The notes under the pieces: model-generated
What the model was told of the DNA's origin: nothing
The model's input: only the letters and a program-made list of their open reading frames with translations
Databases searched by the model: none
In this document: positions 49,797 through 59,072 of the stretch, piece after piece
Position numbering within the stretch: position 1 is the first letter of the stretch
Layout of the letters: each line of letters begins with the position of its first letter
From: an uncultured Gammaproteobacteria bacterium
GTDB taxonomy: Bacteria > Pseudomonadota > Gammaproteobacteria > UBA9214
Assembly (NCBI GenBank): GCA_963824045.1
Contig: CAWGNW010000019.1
Span: 73,108 to 137,107 of the forward strand
Direction: 5' to 3'
Length of the DNA: 64,000 bases
Made by a program: the position numbers and the translations under genes

Positions 49797-49976
49797 GGCA
49801 TGCCTTCATTACCACCCGGGTAAGGAAACGGGTACTACCCGGGCTGGAGGGGCGCTGCGGATACAGCCAGGCCGCCCGGCAGGGGGTCACGATTCAAACG
49901 GGAAAAATAGCATAGCTGTGGCGGAGAGTCATCCGCAGTACGGATTCGCTGCACGGCACCCGCGGCCGGGACTTCC

Positions 49977-52900
49977 CTATGGCGACAGCAGCATCCGGAT
50001 GAGCAGGGTGATGTCCCGGGCATCGATGATGCCGTCAGGCGTGCCGAGGTCGCAGTGCGCCAGTTCCAGCGCCCGCGTGGATTCCAGTCCGAGTGCCAGG
50101 CGTATCGCGACCGTCAGGTCGCCCGCGTTGAGCTGGCCATCCGGAGTGCCGTAGGGTGCCACGTCGCCGTCTGCCAGGTTCGGCCAGCTGGCCGGGTCTT
50201 TGGGGTCGGAACCGTTTGCCACTTCCAGTCCGTCCGGCAGCAGGTCGCCGTCGCTGTCGCTCTGCGTCGGGTCGGTCGCGTAGGTGTTCACCTCCTCACC
50301 GTCATCCAGACCGTCGCCGTCGGTGTCGCTCACCCCGGGGTTGGTCCCCGTGTGTGTCGGGTCGAGGAAAATGCCCGTGTTGGTTTCCACACCGTTCGGC
50401 AGTCCGTCGTTGTCGGTGTCGGCGCAATCGGGGTCGTTGCTGTCGATCAGGGTGTCGCAGTCGTTGTCAATGTTGTCAGCGCAGGACAGTTCCGGGGTTT
50501 CGCCCGGCACGCAGACCTGGCAGTCGGGATCGGCTGCATCGGGGAGTCCGTCGCAGTCGTTGTCCTGGCCATCGCTGCAGCTGACTTCCGCAGCCGGCTC
50601 GGTCGGTGTGCAGACGGTCGGGTCACAATCGTTTGCACAACTGGTGATGGTTTCCGCACCCTCGCAGAGCTTGTCTCCGCAGCAGGCCGACATCCGCGGG
50701 GAATCGGACTTCCGGCAGAACCGGGCGGCACTGGAGTCGATACAGCGGTTGTCGCTCACGTCGATGCCGCAGTCGATGTTGTTGGTGCCGCCGGGCGCGC
50801 CGCAGCAGAACATCTTGGCTGCCGCACCGCTCTGCTTGCCGGCGCAGTCTGCCGGACAGGTCAGGCAGTTCTCGCCGTCACCGCCTTCACACAGGCCGTT
50901 GCCGCACGCCGCGCCGCTGACCTGGGCGCAATCGGACGGGCAGCTCTTGCAGTCCTCGCCCGGATCGCAGGTGTGATTGCCGTCATCACACGTAGATACC
51001 GGGGGGTTGACTGTCTGGAACTGCCGCATCATTTCGTGATCCTCGTGGTCGAGGAGGTGGCAATGCTGCGGGAAACGGCCGAGGTAGTCCTCGAAGTCCA
51101 TGATGATGCGGGCCTTCGTGTTGGCCGGGATGCGCACGATGTCCTTCCAGGTATCCGCTTCCCACGGTTCCAGCGGGATCGGCTGGCCCGTGGTCATATC
51201 GGTCTTGCCGAGGATCTGGAAGCGCACCAGGTGCACGTGCATCGGATGCATGGAGTTGGTCGGGTTCTCGAACTCCCAGATCTCGCGGGTGCCGAGGACC
51301 GGGAACTCGTACAGGTCGTCCCAGTGTTCCGCCATCACCTGGCCACCCGGACCAGTGAGTGACTGGACCAACCACTCGTTGACGGTGCGGCCCGGGTCGT
51401 TGGAGCAGGGTGCAGTCACCTTGGCCAGGCGGAAGTAGCGGGTGCCGTCCGCCGAGCTTTCCGGCATGGCGGGTACGTCGCGCAGCGTTGGCGACAGGTT
51501 CCCGGTGTAACCGGTCTGGCCGGTTACGATGAACTTCATGATGCTGGGCAGCAGCGGCGGGGTCTGCTCGTCGTTGCGCAGGATGATCTCGGTGCCTGCC
51601 GGAAAACCGGAAAAATCTATCACGACATCCATGCGCTCGGCCGGCGCCTGCAGGCCACCGAATGCCTTGCCCAGGTTAATCGGTGCGCCGAGCAGTCCAA
51701 GGTCGGTGCCGACCAGGATGAAGTCCGGGTCGTTACCCGGGTCGGTGATGTTCTCCAGCCGCAGCTTGTACTGGCGCGACTGCGAGCCGTTCAGCAGGCG
51801 GAAGCGGTACTTGCCCTGGTCGACATTGAGGTACGGCGATATTTTGCCGTTGACGACCGCGTAGTCACCCTTGAAGGCATCCTCCAGCTGGGCGTTGTAG
51901 AACAGCGAGCCGTCCGCGTTGAAGGAACGGTCCTGGATTGCCATGCCGATCTCGTACTGGCCGCTGGGCAGGCCGAAGGCATTGCCCGGACCCAGTGTGT
52001 CCTCGCTGTCGGCGATCAGGTAGAAGCCGGCCATGCCGCCGTAGACGTTAAGGCGGGTAATACCCAGCGCGTGGTCGTGGTACCAGAGCGTGGCGGCATC
52101 CTGATTGTTGGGATATTCGTAGACGTCGGTCTCGCCCGGCAGTATGTGGTACTCGGGCTGGCCGTCGACCCGGGACGGCACGTGGCCGCCGTGCAGGTGG
52201 GTCACGATGCGCTTGGACTTGCCCCAGTTGTTGGGTCCGTGTGAGCAGGTATCCACCTCCAGGAGGTTACTGCCGCGGCTGCCGCCACCGGTAGGGAGAT
52301 TATTGACGTAGGTGACCTCGATCGGCTGCCCCTTGACGGCGACGAAGGTCGATGCCGGCCAGGCGCCGTTGTAGGTCCAGACCGTGGTATCCGGCAGGCC
52401 CGGGTGGACGCTCTGGGTGGTTTGCTGGACCGAGACCGTGTACTGCGGCACACCGTCGGCACGGGTACCGGTCGGCTGCAGGATGGCCGGTATCGGCAGC
52501 GGCTCCACGAACGGTGCCAGGCCGCAGTCGGCCTGGTTGCAGTTGCCGCCGACAAAGGTGCCGCCGGCCCCTTCACAGACCAGCTTGTCGATACTGCCGG
52601 AACAGCTGTTGTCGGCATTGCAGCAGGCGCCGGACGGCTGCGGACACTGGTTCGGATCGCAGGTGCTGACACCGGTCAGGGTGGTGCCACCGCAGGTGCC
52701 CGAGCCCACCACGGTCAGCGAGCAGTCGCCGCTGGATTCACAGCAGGCCTCAACGGCGCCGGTCGGGGTGAAATCGACAAGCAGGGATGGGGGACTGCCG
52801 CCCTCGCGGCTGTCGAAGCGGCGGGTCGAGGTCGGGATAGTCTCGTCACCGATCAGGATCCAGCCGTTGTTGGTGGCGGGGTTGTCCAGCCAGCCCTGCA

Positions 52901-53420
52901 CGTCACCGGCCATGCTTGCCGAGCTCCAGCCAGGTGATGTGTTGTTGATCAGCGTGCTGCCGCTGGCCGCGCCGAAGCCGGGCATGGTGTTCCAGGTGGT
53001 GCCGCCGCCGGCTGTAGGCGCACCCTGGCCGCCGCCGCGTGTGCCACAGCCGGCCGTCCCTTCGACCCAGGCGGAGGTAACGGGGTGCAGGGTGAAGATC
53101 GAATCCACATGATTGCTGCCGCGGGTCACGGTCATGCTGAGCGTGACGCTGTTGATGACCGAGCCGGGCGGGATGGTGGACAGGTCGAATCGCATCAGGG
53201 CACGTCTGGCAGAACCGACGCCGTTATCGGTGTTGCCGGCAAAGAGCGAGTCGCAGGCGCCGGAACTGTTGTCCGGGAAATCCTGGGCCAGGGTTGTGTC
53301 GGCGGCGGGTGTGATGGTTGCTGTTGCCGACCAGCCTGTTGTGGCGGTAAAGGCCAGCAGCATGGCGGCCACGAAGCCGCCTAGCTGCGACGGGTGTTTA
53401 GCCGTCTTCTGCTGTGGCAT
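49977..53420 (-). CDS. secreted multidomain multicopper oxidase (CotA/bilirubin-oxidase-like core with N- and C-terminal extensions)
   Basis: Signal peptide. Copper motifs HLHGGH, WYHDHA, HPMHVHLV and HCHLLDHEDHEMM are present. Also Cys-rich linkers, Asp-rich thrombospondin-type-3-like repeats (DTDNDGLPNG, SDTDGDGLDDGEE, SDSDGDLLPDG) and a dockerin-like tail. Confidence 0.85.
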   Translation of the reverse strand: MPQQKTAKHPSQLGGFVAAMLLAFTATTGWSATATITPAADTTLAQDFPDNSSGACDSLFAGNTDNGVGSARRALMRFDLSTIPPGSVINSVTLSMTVTRGSNHVDSIFTLHPVTSAWVEGTAGCGTRGGGQGAPTAGGGTTWNTMPGFGAASGSTLINNTSPGWSSASMAGDVQGWLDNPATNNGWILIGDETIPTSTRRFDSREGGSPPSLLVDFTPTGAVEACCESSGDCSLTVVGSGTCGGTTLTGVSTCDPNQCPQPSGACCNADNSCSGSIDKLVCEGAGGTFVGGNCNQADCGLAPFVEPLPIPAILQPTGTRADGVPQYTVSVQQTTQSVHPGLPDTTVWTYNGAWPASTFVAVKGQPIEVTYVNNLPTGGGSRGSNLLEVDTCSHGPNNWGKSKRIVTHLHGGHVPSRVDGQPEYHILPGETDVYEYPNNQDAATLWYHDHALGITRLNVYGGMAGFYLIADSEDTLGPGNAFGLPSGQYEIGMAIQDRSFNADGSLFYNAQLEDAFKGDYAVVNGKISPYLNVDQGKYRFRLLNGSQSRQYKLRLENITDPGNDPDFILVGTDLGLLGAPINLGKAFGGLQAPAERMDVVIDFSGFPAGTEIILRNDEQTPPLLPSIMKFIVTGQTGYTGNLSPTLRDVPAMPESSADGTRYFRLAKVTAPCSNDPGRTVNEWLVQSLTGPGGQVMAEHWDDLYEFPVLGTREIWEFENPTNSMHPMHVHLVRFQILGKTDMTTGQPIPLEPWEADTWKDIVRIPANTKARIIMDFEDYLGRFPQHCHLLDHEDHEMMRQFQTVNPPVSTCDDGNHTCDPGEDCKSCPSDCAQVSGAACGNGLCEGGDGENCLTCPADCAGKQSGAAAKMFCCGAPGGTNNIDCGIDVSDNRCIDSSAARFCRKSDSPRMSACCGDKLCEGAETITSCANDCDPTVCTPTEPAAEVSCSDGQDNDCDGLPDAADPDCQVCVPGETPELSCADNIDNDCDTLIDSNDPDCADTDNDGLPNGVETNTGIFLDPTHTGTNPGVSDTDGDGLDDGEEVNTYATDPTQSDSDGDLLPDGLEVANGSDPKDPASWPNLADGDVAPYGTPDGQLNAGDLTVAIRLALGLESTRALELAHCDLGTPDGIIDARDITLLIRMLLSP

Positions 53421-53738
53421 GATTTCACATCCCCGATGTCGTTATTGTTCACCGGAACGCGTTCTGCCCGGTTCATTGTGTGTTCTTTGGGAACCAGTCT
53501 TGACCACGATTTAGACTTTGTCAAGATTCCGGCCGGTGCGGGCAGGCGCAGGGGCATGTGGTTTGTATGGGCTGCGCTGGCCGGATAGCCTCCGCCTGGC
53601 AGCGTGTCCCGTTATTGCGGGTGTCGCGGCTGGCATGGAGAAGATCAGACCGCAAGGCGGTCGAGAGACTGGCCTGGGCCACGCCGGGAGCGATTGCGAA
53701 GTAATCTTTCTTGGGTGACCGGCAGGCCGATGGTAGCG

Positions 53739-54506
53739 TTATACCCGCAACGTGCCGCTAAGTATTTGCTTCTGCAGCAGGCCGCTCAGGATTTCAGTGC
53801 CGCCCTTGAGGACGACGTCCGGTTGCGGGTGTGACATCTCGGTCGCAATGCATGTCAGCAGTTCGATTCCGGTCAGCTTCGCGCCGGTATCGATGAGTTC
53901 CAGCAGTCGCCTGGTCACGCTGTTGATCTCGAGGAAACCCAGTTCATCTTCCCGGTCGCGATACACGACCAGGCAGGTCGGCATGTCGCCCGGCTGTGTC
54001 GGCCGGTAGTCCGGCCCGATCCTGTGAACCGGGTAGCGGTAGGCCAGGTGCCAGGCCAGTGGAGACAGTACGGGGATGCCGTTTAGCAGGTCGCCGTGAG
54101 GGTCCACGGCCCTCGGGTCGGCAGGAGACTCGGCAATCGCCAGCGCCAGTTCGACCCATTCGTAGTGGGCCAGTTCAAACAGGAATGGCGGGTCAGCAGG
54201 ATTGCCGGCGTACTCGCTTTCCAGCCAGCTGAGGAATTCCCGGGGGATTTCGTGGAACAGCGGTGTCCGGGATCTGTGCCGGGAAAAATACTCGCGCACC
54301 AGGGTATGCCATGCCGTGTCATTATAGATCTGCCGCAGCACAGGAAAGGCCCCGCTGATAAAGCCTTCAACGTTGTTGTAGAACAACTCCCGGTAGATCT
54401 GCATGCGCCGGTCTTCGATGTCCTCCGGTGCGGGATTGTTTTCCGGGTCGCGTATATTCGCCGCAAAGGCGTGCTGCCTGCGGGTGAATTCAGGCATGGA
54501 TGCCAT
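53739..54506 (-). CDS. hvfC: DUF2063-family partner protein of the MNIO enzyme (HvfC-like)
   Basis: [21 protein letters not shown]...[25 protein letters not shown]... is typical of DUF2063. It overlaps the hvfB stop (alternative ATG at 54497). Confidence 0.8.
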   Translation of the reverse strand: MASMPEFTRRQHAFAANIRDPENNPAPEDIEDRRMQIYRELFYNNVEGFISGAFPVLRQIYNDTAWHTLVREYFSRHRSRTPLFHEIPREFLSWLESEYAGNPADPPFLFELAHYEWVELALAIAESPADPRAVDPHGDLLNGIPVLSPLAWHLAYRYPVHRIGPDYRPTQPGDMPTCLVVYRDREDELGFLEINSVTRRLLELIDTGAKLTGIELLTCIATEMSHPQPDVVLKGGTEILSGLLQKQILSGTLRV

Positions 54507-55365
54507 GTGCGATGTCCTCTCTGTCCTGCGGGCCGCGCCACTTCGCCTGCAGTGCGGCAATCTGTCCGACTTCCGCCAGCAGTTCCGGCAGCGGCGGGAT
54601 GTTGAAGTCGCGCTCCAGCAGCGTCGGGACCACGCCGAAATGCGCATAGGCCGTTTCCAGCAGCGACCACACCGGATCGATGACCGGCGCGCCGTGTGTG
54701 TCGATCTTCAGGTCTTCGGCTTCGTCATAATGGCCGGCGATGTGGAAGTAGACGACGCGTTCAGCCGGCAGTGCCTTGAGGAAGGCATCTGCATCGTAAC
54801 GGTGATTGATGCTGTTCACGTAGATATTGTTGACATCCAGCAGCAGGTCGCAGTCGCCCTCGGTGAGCACCGCGTTGATGAAGTCGATCTCTTCCAGTTC
54901 CTTGCCCGGTGCCGCGTAGTAGGAAACATTCTCCATCGCGATGCGCCGTTCCAGTATATCCTGCACGCGGCGGATGCGGCCGGCGACATAATGCACCGCC
55001 TCTTCGGTGAACGGTATCGGCATCAGGTCATACAGGTGGCCGTCGTCGCTGCAGTAGCTGAGGTGTTCGGTGTAGCAGCGAAACTGGTGTTCATCAAGCA
55101 GGCGCTTGAGTCGGTACAGAAAGGTTTCATCCAGCGGCGCGGGGCTGCCGATCGAAAGTGACAGGCCGTGGGCTGCAAAGGGATAACGTTCGGTGAAATG
55201 GCGCAACTGCCTGGCGAGGCTGCCGCCGATGCCGATCCAGTTTTCCGGGGCAAGCTCGAAAAAATCGACAGTCTCCGGCGGGTTGTCCCGCAGCGGACCC
55301 ATCAGGGTCCGCCGCAGTCCAAGCCCTGTGCCTGACAACGGATAATTGCTGGCGGACAGGGACAT
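54490..55365 (-). CDS. hvfB: DUF692/MNIO (multinuclear non-heme iron) family RiPP-modifying enzyme (HvfB/MbnB-like)
   Basis: GLGLRR...FFELAPENW...HGLSLSIGS...TEHLSY...MENVSYY...[12 protein letters not shown]...FHIAGH are DUF692 hallmarks. Confidence 0.88.
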   Translation of the reverse strand: MSLSASNYPLSGTGLGLRRTLMGPLRDNPPETVDFFELAPENWIGIGGSLARQLRHFTERYPFAAHGLSLSIGSPAPLDETFLYRLKRLLDEHQFRCYTEHLSYCSDDGHLYDLMPIPFTEEAVHYVAGRIRRVQDILERRIAMENVSYYAAPGKELEEIDFINAVLTEGDCDLLLDVNNIYVNSINHRYDADAFLKALPAERVVYFHIAGHYDEAEDLKIDTHGAPVIDPVWSLLETAYAHFGVVPTLLERDFNIPPLPELLAEVGQIAALQAKWRGPQDREDIAHGIHA

Positions 55366-55377
55366 GCCGTGCGCCTG

Positions 55378-55854
55378 TTATTTACTCGCGCCGCACTTGC
55401 CTTCGCCGCACTTGCCTTCCTTCATCATCTTCATGCGGGCGCTCTGCTCATCGGCATCAATCACACCATCGCCATTGGTGTCCATCTTGCCGAACATGGT
55501 GTCATGTCCCTGCATGAATTCTTCCTTGCTGATGCTGCCATCGCCATTTGCGTCCAGCATTTTCATGCCGCATTTGCCTTCACCACACTTGCCTTCATTC
55601 TGCATTGTCTTGCCGTTGCCGCACTTGACTTCCTGCGGTGTCATTTTTCCGGTGCCATTGTTGCCTTCCTTGTCCGTCTTCATCCCGGCGCCGCACTTGC
55701 CTTCGCCCATTTCCGCTACCATGTAACCGCCGGAAAGCGTGGACATGGCAAACGGGTTTTCCGCTGCATTGGCCGGTGTGGTTGCGGCCAGCGAAGTTGC
55801 GAGGGCGGCACCGACTGCAATAGCGAGGGGCTTCAGGGTGGTTTTCTGTGACAT
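55378..55854 (-). CDS. hvfA: HvfA-like EGKCG-repeat RiPP precursor/metallophore with an embedded EF-hand pair
   Basis: ATG at 55854 follows GGAG, then a signal peptide ...TPANA/AE. Six xKCG motifs (EGKCG x5, EVKCG x1). Two EF-hand loops, DANGDGSISKEE and DTNGDGVIDADE. Met-rich. Confidence 0.8.
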   Translation of the reverse strand: MSQKTTLKPLAIAVGAALATSLAATTPANAAENPFAMSTLSGGYMVAEMGEGKCGAGMKTDKEGNNGTGKMTPQEVKCGNGKTMQNEGKCGEGKCGMKMLDANGDGSISKEEFMQGHDTMFGKMDTNGDGVIDADEQSARMKMMKEGKCGEGKCGASK

Positions 55855-56072
55855 TGTTATCTCCATCGAAGGTTGTTTGTGTTGATCGGGTATTCTGCTT
55901 GCCTGGCGATCGTTTGCCACGACCTGACTAATGTTAACCATTCCGACCCTGCCACATTCAGAAAGTTTCTGATAAGCGTTCGCATTAAGGTGGCAAACGG
56001 CGCCTGCGCAGCGGAGAGTCCCCGGTTATGGTACTGGCAGCGAACGCGTTGAAAGCAGGCAACAGTCTGTAT

Positions 56073-56708
56073 CTAATCGGTATTCTTGTCCCTGTATTCG
56101 CACAGGTCGGAGATGATGCAGGACTGGCAGCGGGGCCTGCGGGCGATACAGGTGTAGCGCCCGTGCAGGATCAGCCAGTGGTGTGCATCCTGTTTGAATT
56201 CGTCGGGCACCAGTCGCAGCAGGCGTTGCTCCACCTCGTTCACGGTCTTGCCGGGTGCGATGCCGGTACGGTTCGCGACGCGGAAGATATGCGTGTCGAC
56301 CGCGATAGCGGGATGGCCGAAGGCGGTGTTCAATACCACGCTGGCGGTTTTGCGGCCGACCCCCGGCAGTGCTTCCAGGGCGGCGCGGTCTTCGGGTACC
56401 TCGCCGTGATGCTGCTCCTCCAGGATGCTGCAGGTCTTGATGATATTGCTCGCCTTGGTGTTGTACAGCCCGATGGTCTTGATGTGTTCCTTCAGAGCGG
56501 CCTCGCCAAGCTGCAGCAGGGCGCGCGGGGTCTGTACCTTTCTGAACAGCGTGCGCGTTGCCTTGTTGACCCCGACATCGGTGGACTGCGCCGAGAGCAT
56601 GACCGCGATAAGCAGCTGGAACGGGTTGCCATAGTGGAGTTCAGTCGCGGGATGCGGATCATTGGCACGCAGCCGCTCGAAGATTTCCTGGCGCTTGACG
56701 CGGTTCAC
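56073..56708 (-). CDS. nth: endonuclease III
   Basis: HhH-GPD motifs (LPGVGRKTASVVL) and a C-terminal 4Fe-4S cluster, CIARRPRCQSCIISDLC. Confidence 0.93.
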   Translation of the reverse strand: MNRVKRQEIFERLRANDPHPATELHYGNPFQLLIAVMLSAQSTDVGVNKATRTLFRKVQTPRALLQLGEAALKEHIKTIGLYNTKASNIIKTCSILEEQHHGEVPEDRAALEALPGVGRKTASVVLNTAFGHPAIAVDTHIFRVANRTGIAPGKTVNEVEQRLLRLVPDEFKQDAHHWLILHGRYTCIARRPRCQSCIISDLCEYRDKNTD

Positions 56709-56724
56709 CGCCGGTCCGCGGGCG

Positions 56725-57417
56725 TCAGGCTTCGCTGGCCTGGATCGCGACGGGTATTACGCGCGACGCAACACGCAGCTCGCGACGCGCGTTGATGACA
56801 TTCATGCCGGCTATCAGGAAACCCAGCCCCATGAAGGCGCCCGGGGGCAGAATGGCCAGCAGAAAGCCGCGATAGTTGGCGATCACTGTCAGGGTCAGGT
56901 GGCGTCCGATTTCACCAAACATCAGGTGGGCCTGTGACAGCAGGGTGCCCTGGCCGACTAGTTCGCGCAGCCCGCCCAGGGTGGCCAGTACCAGGGTAAA
57001 GCCTATACCCATCGCCAGGCCGTCCAGCAGCGCACGGTCTGCGGTGTGGCGCGAGGCGAACGACTCTGCCCTGCCGATAATGGAGCAGTTGGTGACAATC
57101 AGCGGGATGAAAATGCCGAGTACCTTGTGCAGTTCGTGCAGCCAGGCGTTCATTGCCAGTTCGATCACGGTGACGACGGACGCAATCACCAGCACGAAGA
57201 CGGGGATGCGGACTTCAGGCCGTACCAGCTTGCGGATCAGGGAAACGATCAGGTTGGATGTTACCAGCGTCAGGGTGGTGGCAAGCCCCAGTCCGAGACC
57301 GTTGGTCATCGTGGTGGTGACCGCCAGCAGCGGGCACAGCCCGAGCAGTTGCACCGTGCCGGGATTGTTCAGCCAGAGGCCGTCGGCGATGATTCTGCGG
57401 TAAGTCGGTTCACTCAT
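56725..57417 (-). CDS. rnfE: electron transport complex subunit RnfE/RsxE
   Basis: ...DGLWLNNPGTVQLLGLCPLLAVTTT... Position after rnfG. Confidence 0.9.
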   Translation of the reverse strand: MSEPTYRRIIADGLWLNNPGTVQLLGLCPLLAVTTTMTNGLGLGLATTLTLVTSNLIVSLIRKLVRPEVRIPVFVLVIASVVTVIELAMNAWLHELHKVLGIFIPLIVTNCSIIGRAESFASRHTADRALLDGLAMGIGFTLVLATLGGLRELVGQGTLLSQAHLMFGEIGRHLTLTVIANYRGFLLAILPPGAFMGLGFLIAGMNVINARRELRVASRVIPVAIQASEA

Positions 57418-58049
57418 GGCTGGCTTGTCGTTTCGCCCGGGGCAAACAGGGCGTCCTGATGATCATGGTAGTATAACAGGGCCTGGCGCACGGCCTTCAC
57501 CACGGCCCGCGGGGTAATGGTCGCGCCGGTCAACTGGTCAAATGCGCCGCCGTCCTTTTTCACCGCCCACAGCTGCAATCCGGGATTCTGCAGTGATTTG
57601 CCGGTAAAGCCAAGAATCCAGTCGGAGCGTTCCTCCTCGATGCCGTCACCGAGCCCGGGGGTTTCCCGATGCGCGACCACGCGTACGCCGCTCAGGCTGC
57701 CATCGAAATTGATGCCTACCAGTAAACGGATCGTGCCGCTGTAACCGTCGGGTGCCACCGCCGCGATGACCAGTGCAACCGGATTGCCGTGCATCCGCGC
57801 GCGGTAGACCGTCACCGGCTCGCTGGTTCCCAGCAGGGTCTCGTTTTGCACCTGCAGGGTGTCCTGCAGCAGCGCGTTGTCATAACTCTCCGGCGGTATC
57901 AGTCGGTGCAGCTTGCGCAGCAGTGTGGCGCGTTCGTTCGCGGCGATCCGCTCCCGGGTGCTGTCGTAGGTATAGGCCACCATGGCCGTGCCGAGGAGGG
58001 CAAACAGCAGCAGGACAGCGGCGGTAATCAGGCTCTGGCGGTAGTTCAT
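57414..58049 (-). CDS. rnfG: electron transport complex subunit RnfG
   Basis: N-terminal TM helix and an FMN-binding region (...HRETPGLGD...LTGATITPRAV). Confidence 0.88.
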   Translation of the reverse strand: MNYRQSLITAAVLLLFALLGTAMVAYTYDSTRERIAANERATLLRKLHRLIPPESYDNALLQDTLQVQNETLLGTSEPVTVYRARMHGNPVALVIAAVAPDGYSGTIRLLVGINFDGSLSGVRVVAHRETPGLGDGIEEERSDWILGFTGKSLQNPGLQLWAVKKDGGAFDQLTGATITPRAVVKAVRQALLYYHDHQDALFAPGETTSQP

Positions 58050-59072
58050 TCAGCGGTTGTCATGGCCGAAGACGCGCGGCCGGGAGTAATAGTCGATGGT
58101 CGGCGCCGCCATGTTCATCAGCAGTACGGCGAAGGCGACGCCGTCCGGATAGCCGCCCCAGGTGCGAATCACGTAGGTCAGGATACCGATGCCGAGGCCG
58201 TAGTACAGTCCCCCGCGCGGAGTGGTACTGGCGGAAACCGGGTCGGTGGCGATAAAAAAGGCCCCCAGCATGGCGGCGCCGCTGAAGGCGTGGAACAGCG
58301 GCGAGGCGTAAATGTCGGGATTCCAGGCATAGAACAGCAGCGCCGTCAGGGACAGTCCAGCCAGCATGCCTGCCGGAATCTGCCACTTGATGATCTTCTG
58401 CTGCAGGAGCCACAGACCGCCGAGCAGGTACCACAGGTTGAGCCATTCCCAGCCGGCGCCGGCAAAGCTGCCGAATACCGCACTGCCCTGTATTTCCGTG
58501 AGGGTTTCGCTGAGACCGAGTCGTGTCCTGACGATGTCCAGGGGCGTTGCCATGGTAATGGCATCGAGTGTCAGCGTGTCCGGCAGGCTGCCGGAAAATA
58601 CCAGCAGCAGGGTATCGTGCAGGTCCAGGACCCGGCCTGCCGCGGGCCACAGGCTGAGTTCCCGCGGGAAGGAGATCAGCAGCACCACATAGCCCGCCAT
58701 GGCCGGGTTGAAGGGGTTGTAGCCGAGGCCGCCGTAGAGTTGTTTCGCGATGACAATCGCAAACAGGCTGCCGATGACCGGGATCCACCAGGGCGCCAGC
58801 GGTGGCAGCGCCAGTGCCAGCAGCACCCCGGTCAGCAGGGCGCTGCCGTCCAGCAGCGCGGGCGGCACCGGCCGCCGGCGCGCCGCGAGCATGGCCGCTT
58901 CAGCTGCGATTGCCGCCAGGCCGGCCAGCAGGATGTTGAGCGGTACGCCCCAGCCAAACAGCCAGGTGGCGCACAGGCTGCCCGGCAGCAGGGCCAGCAG
59001 GACGAAGCCCATCATGCGGGATACGCTGCCGGTGGCCGGCAGGTGCGGTGAGCTGTAGGTCCTGAATTCCAT
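58050..59072 (-). CDS. rnfD: electron transport complex subunit RnfD
   Basis: 340 aa, polytopic, NqrB/RnfD-like (...FFIATDPVSASTTP...). Confidence 0.9.
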   Translation of the reverse strand: MEFRTYSSPHLPATGSVSRMMGFVLLALLPGSLCATWLFGWGVPLNILLAGLAAIAAEAAMLAARRRPVPPALLDGSALLTGVLLALALPPLAPWWIPVIGSLFAIVIAKQLYGGLGYNPFNPAMAGYVVLLISFPRELSLWPAAGRVLDLHDTLLLVFSGSLPDTLTLDAITMATPLDIVRTRLGLSETLTEIQGSAVFGSFAGAGWEWLNLWYLLGGLWLLQQKIIKWQIPAGMLAGLSLTALLFYAWNPDIYASPLFHAFSGAAMLGAFFIATDPVSASTTPRGGLYYGLGIGILTYVIRTWGGYPDGVAFAVLLMNMAAPTIDYYSRPRVFGHDNR

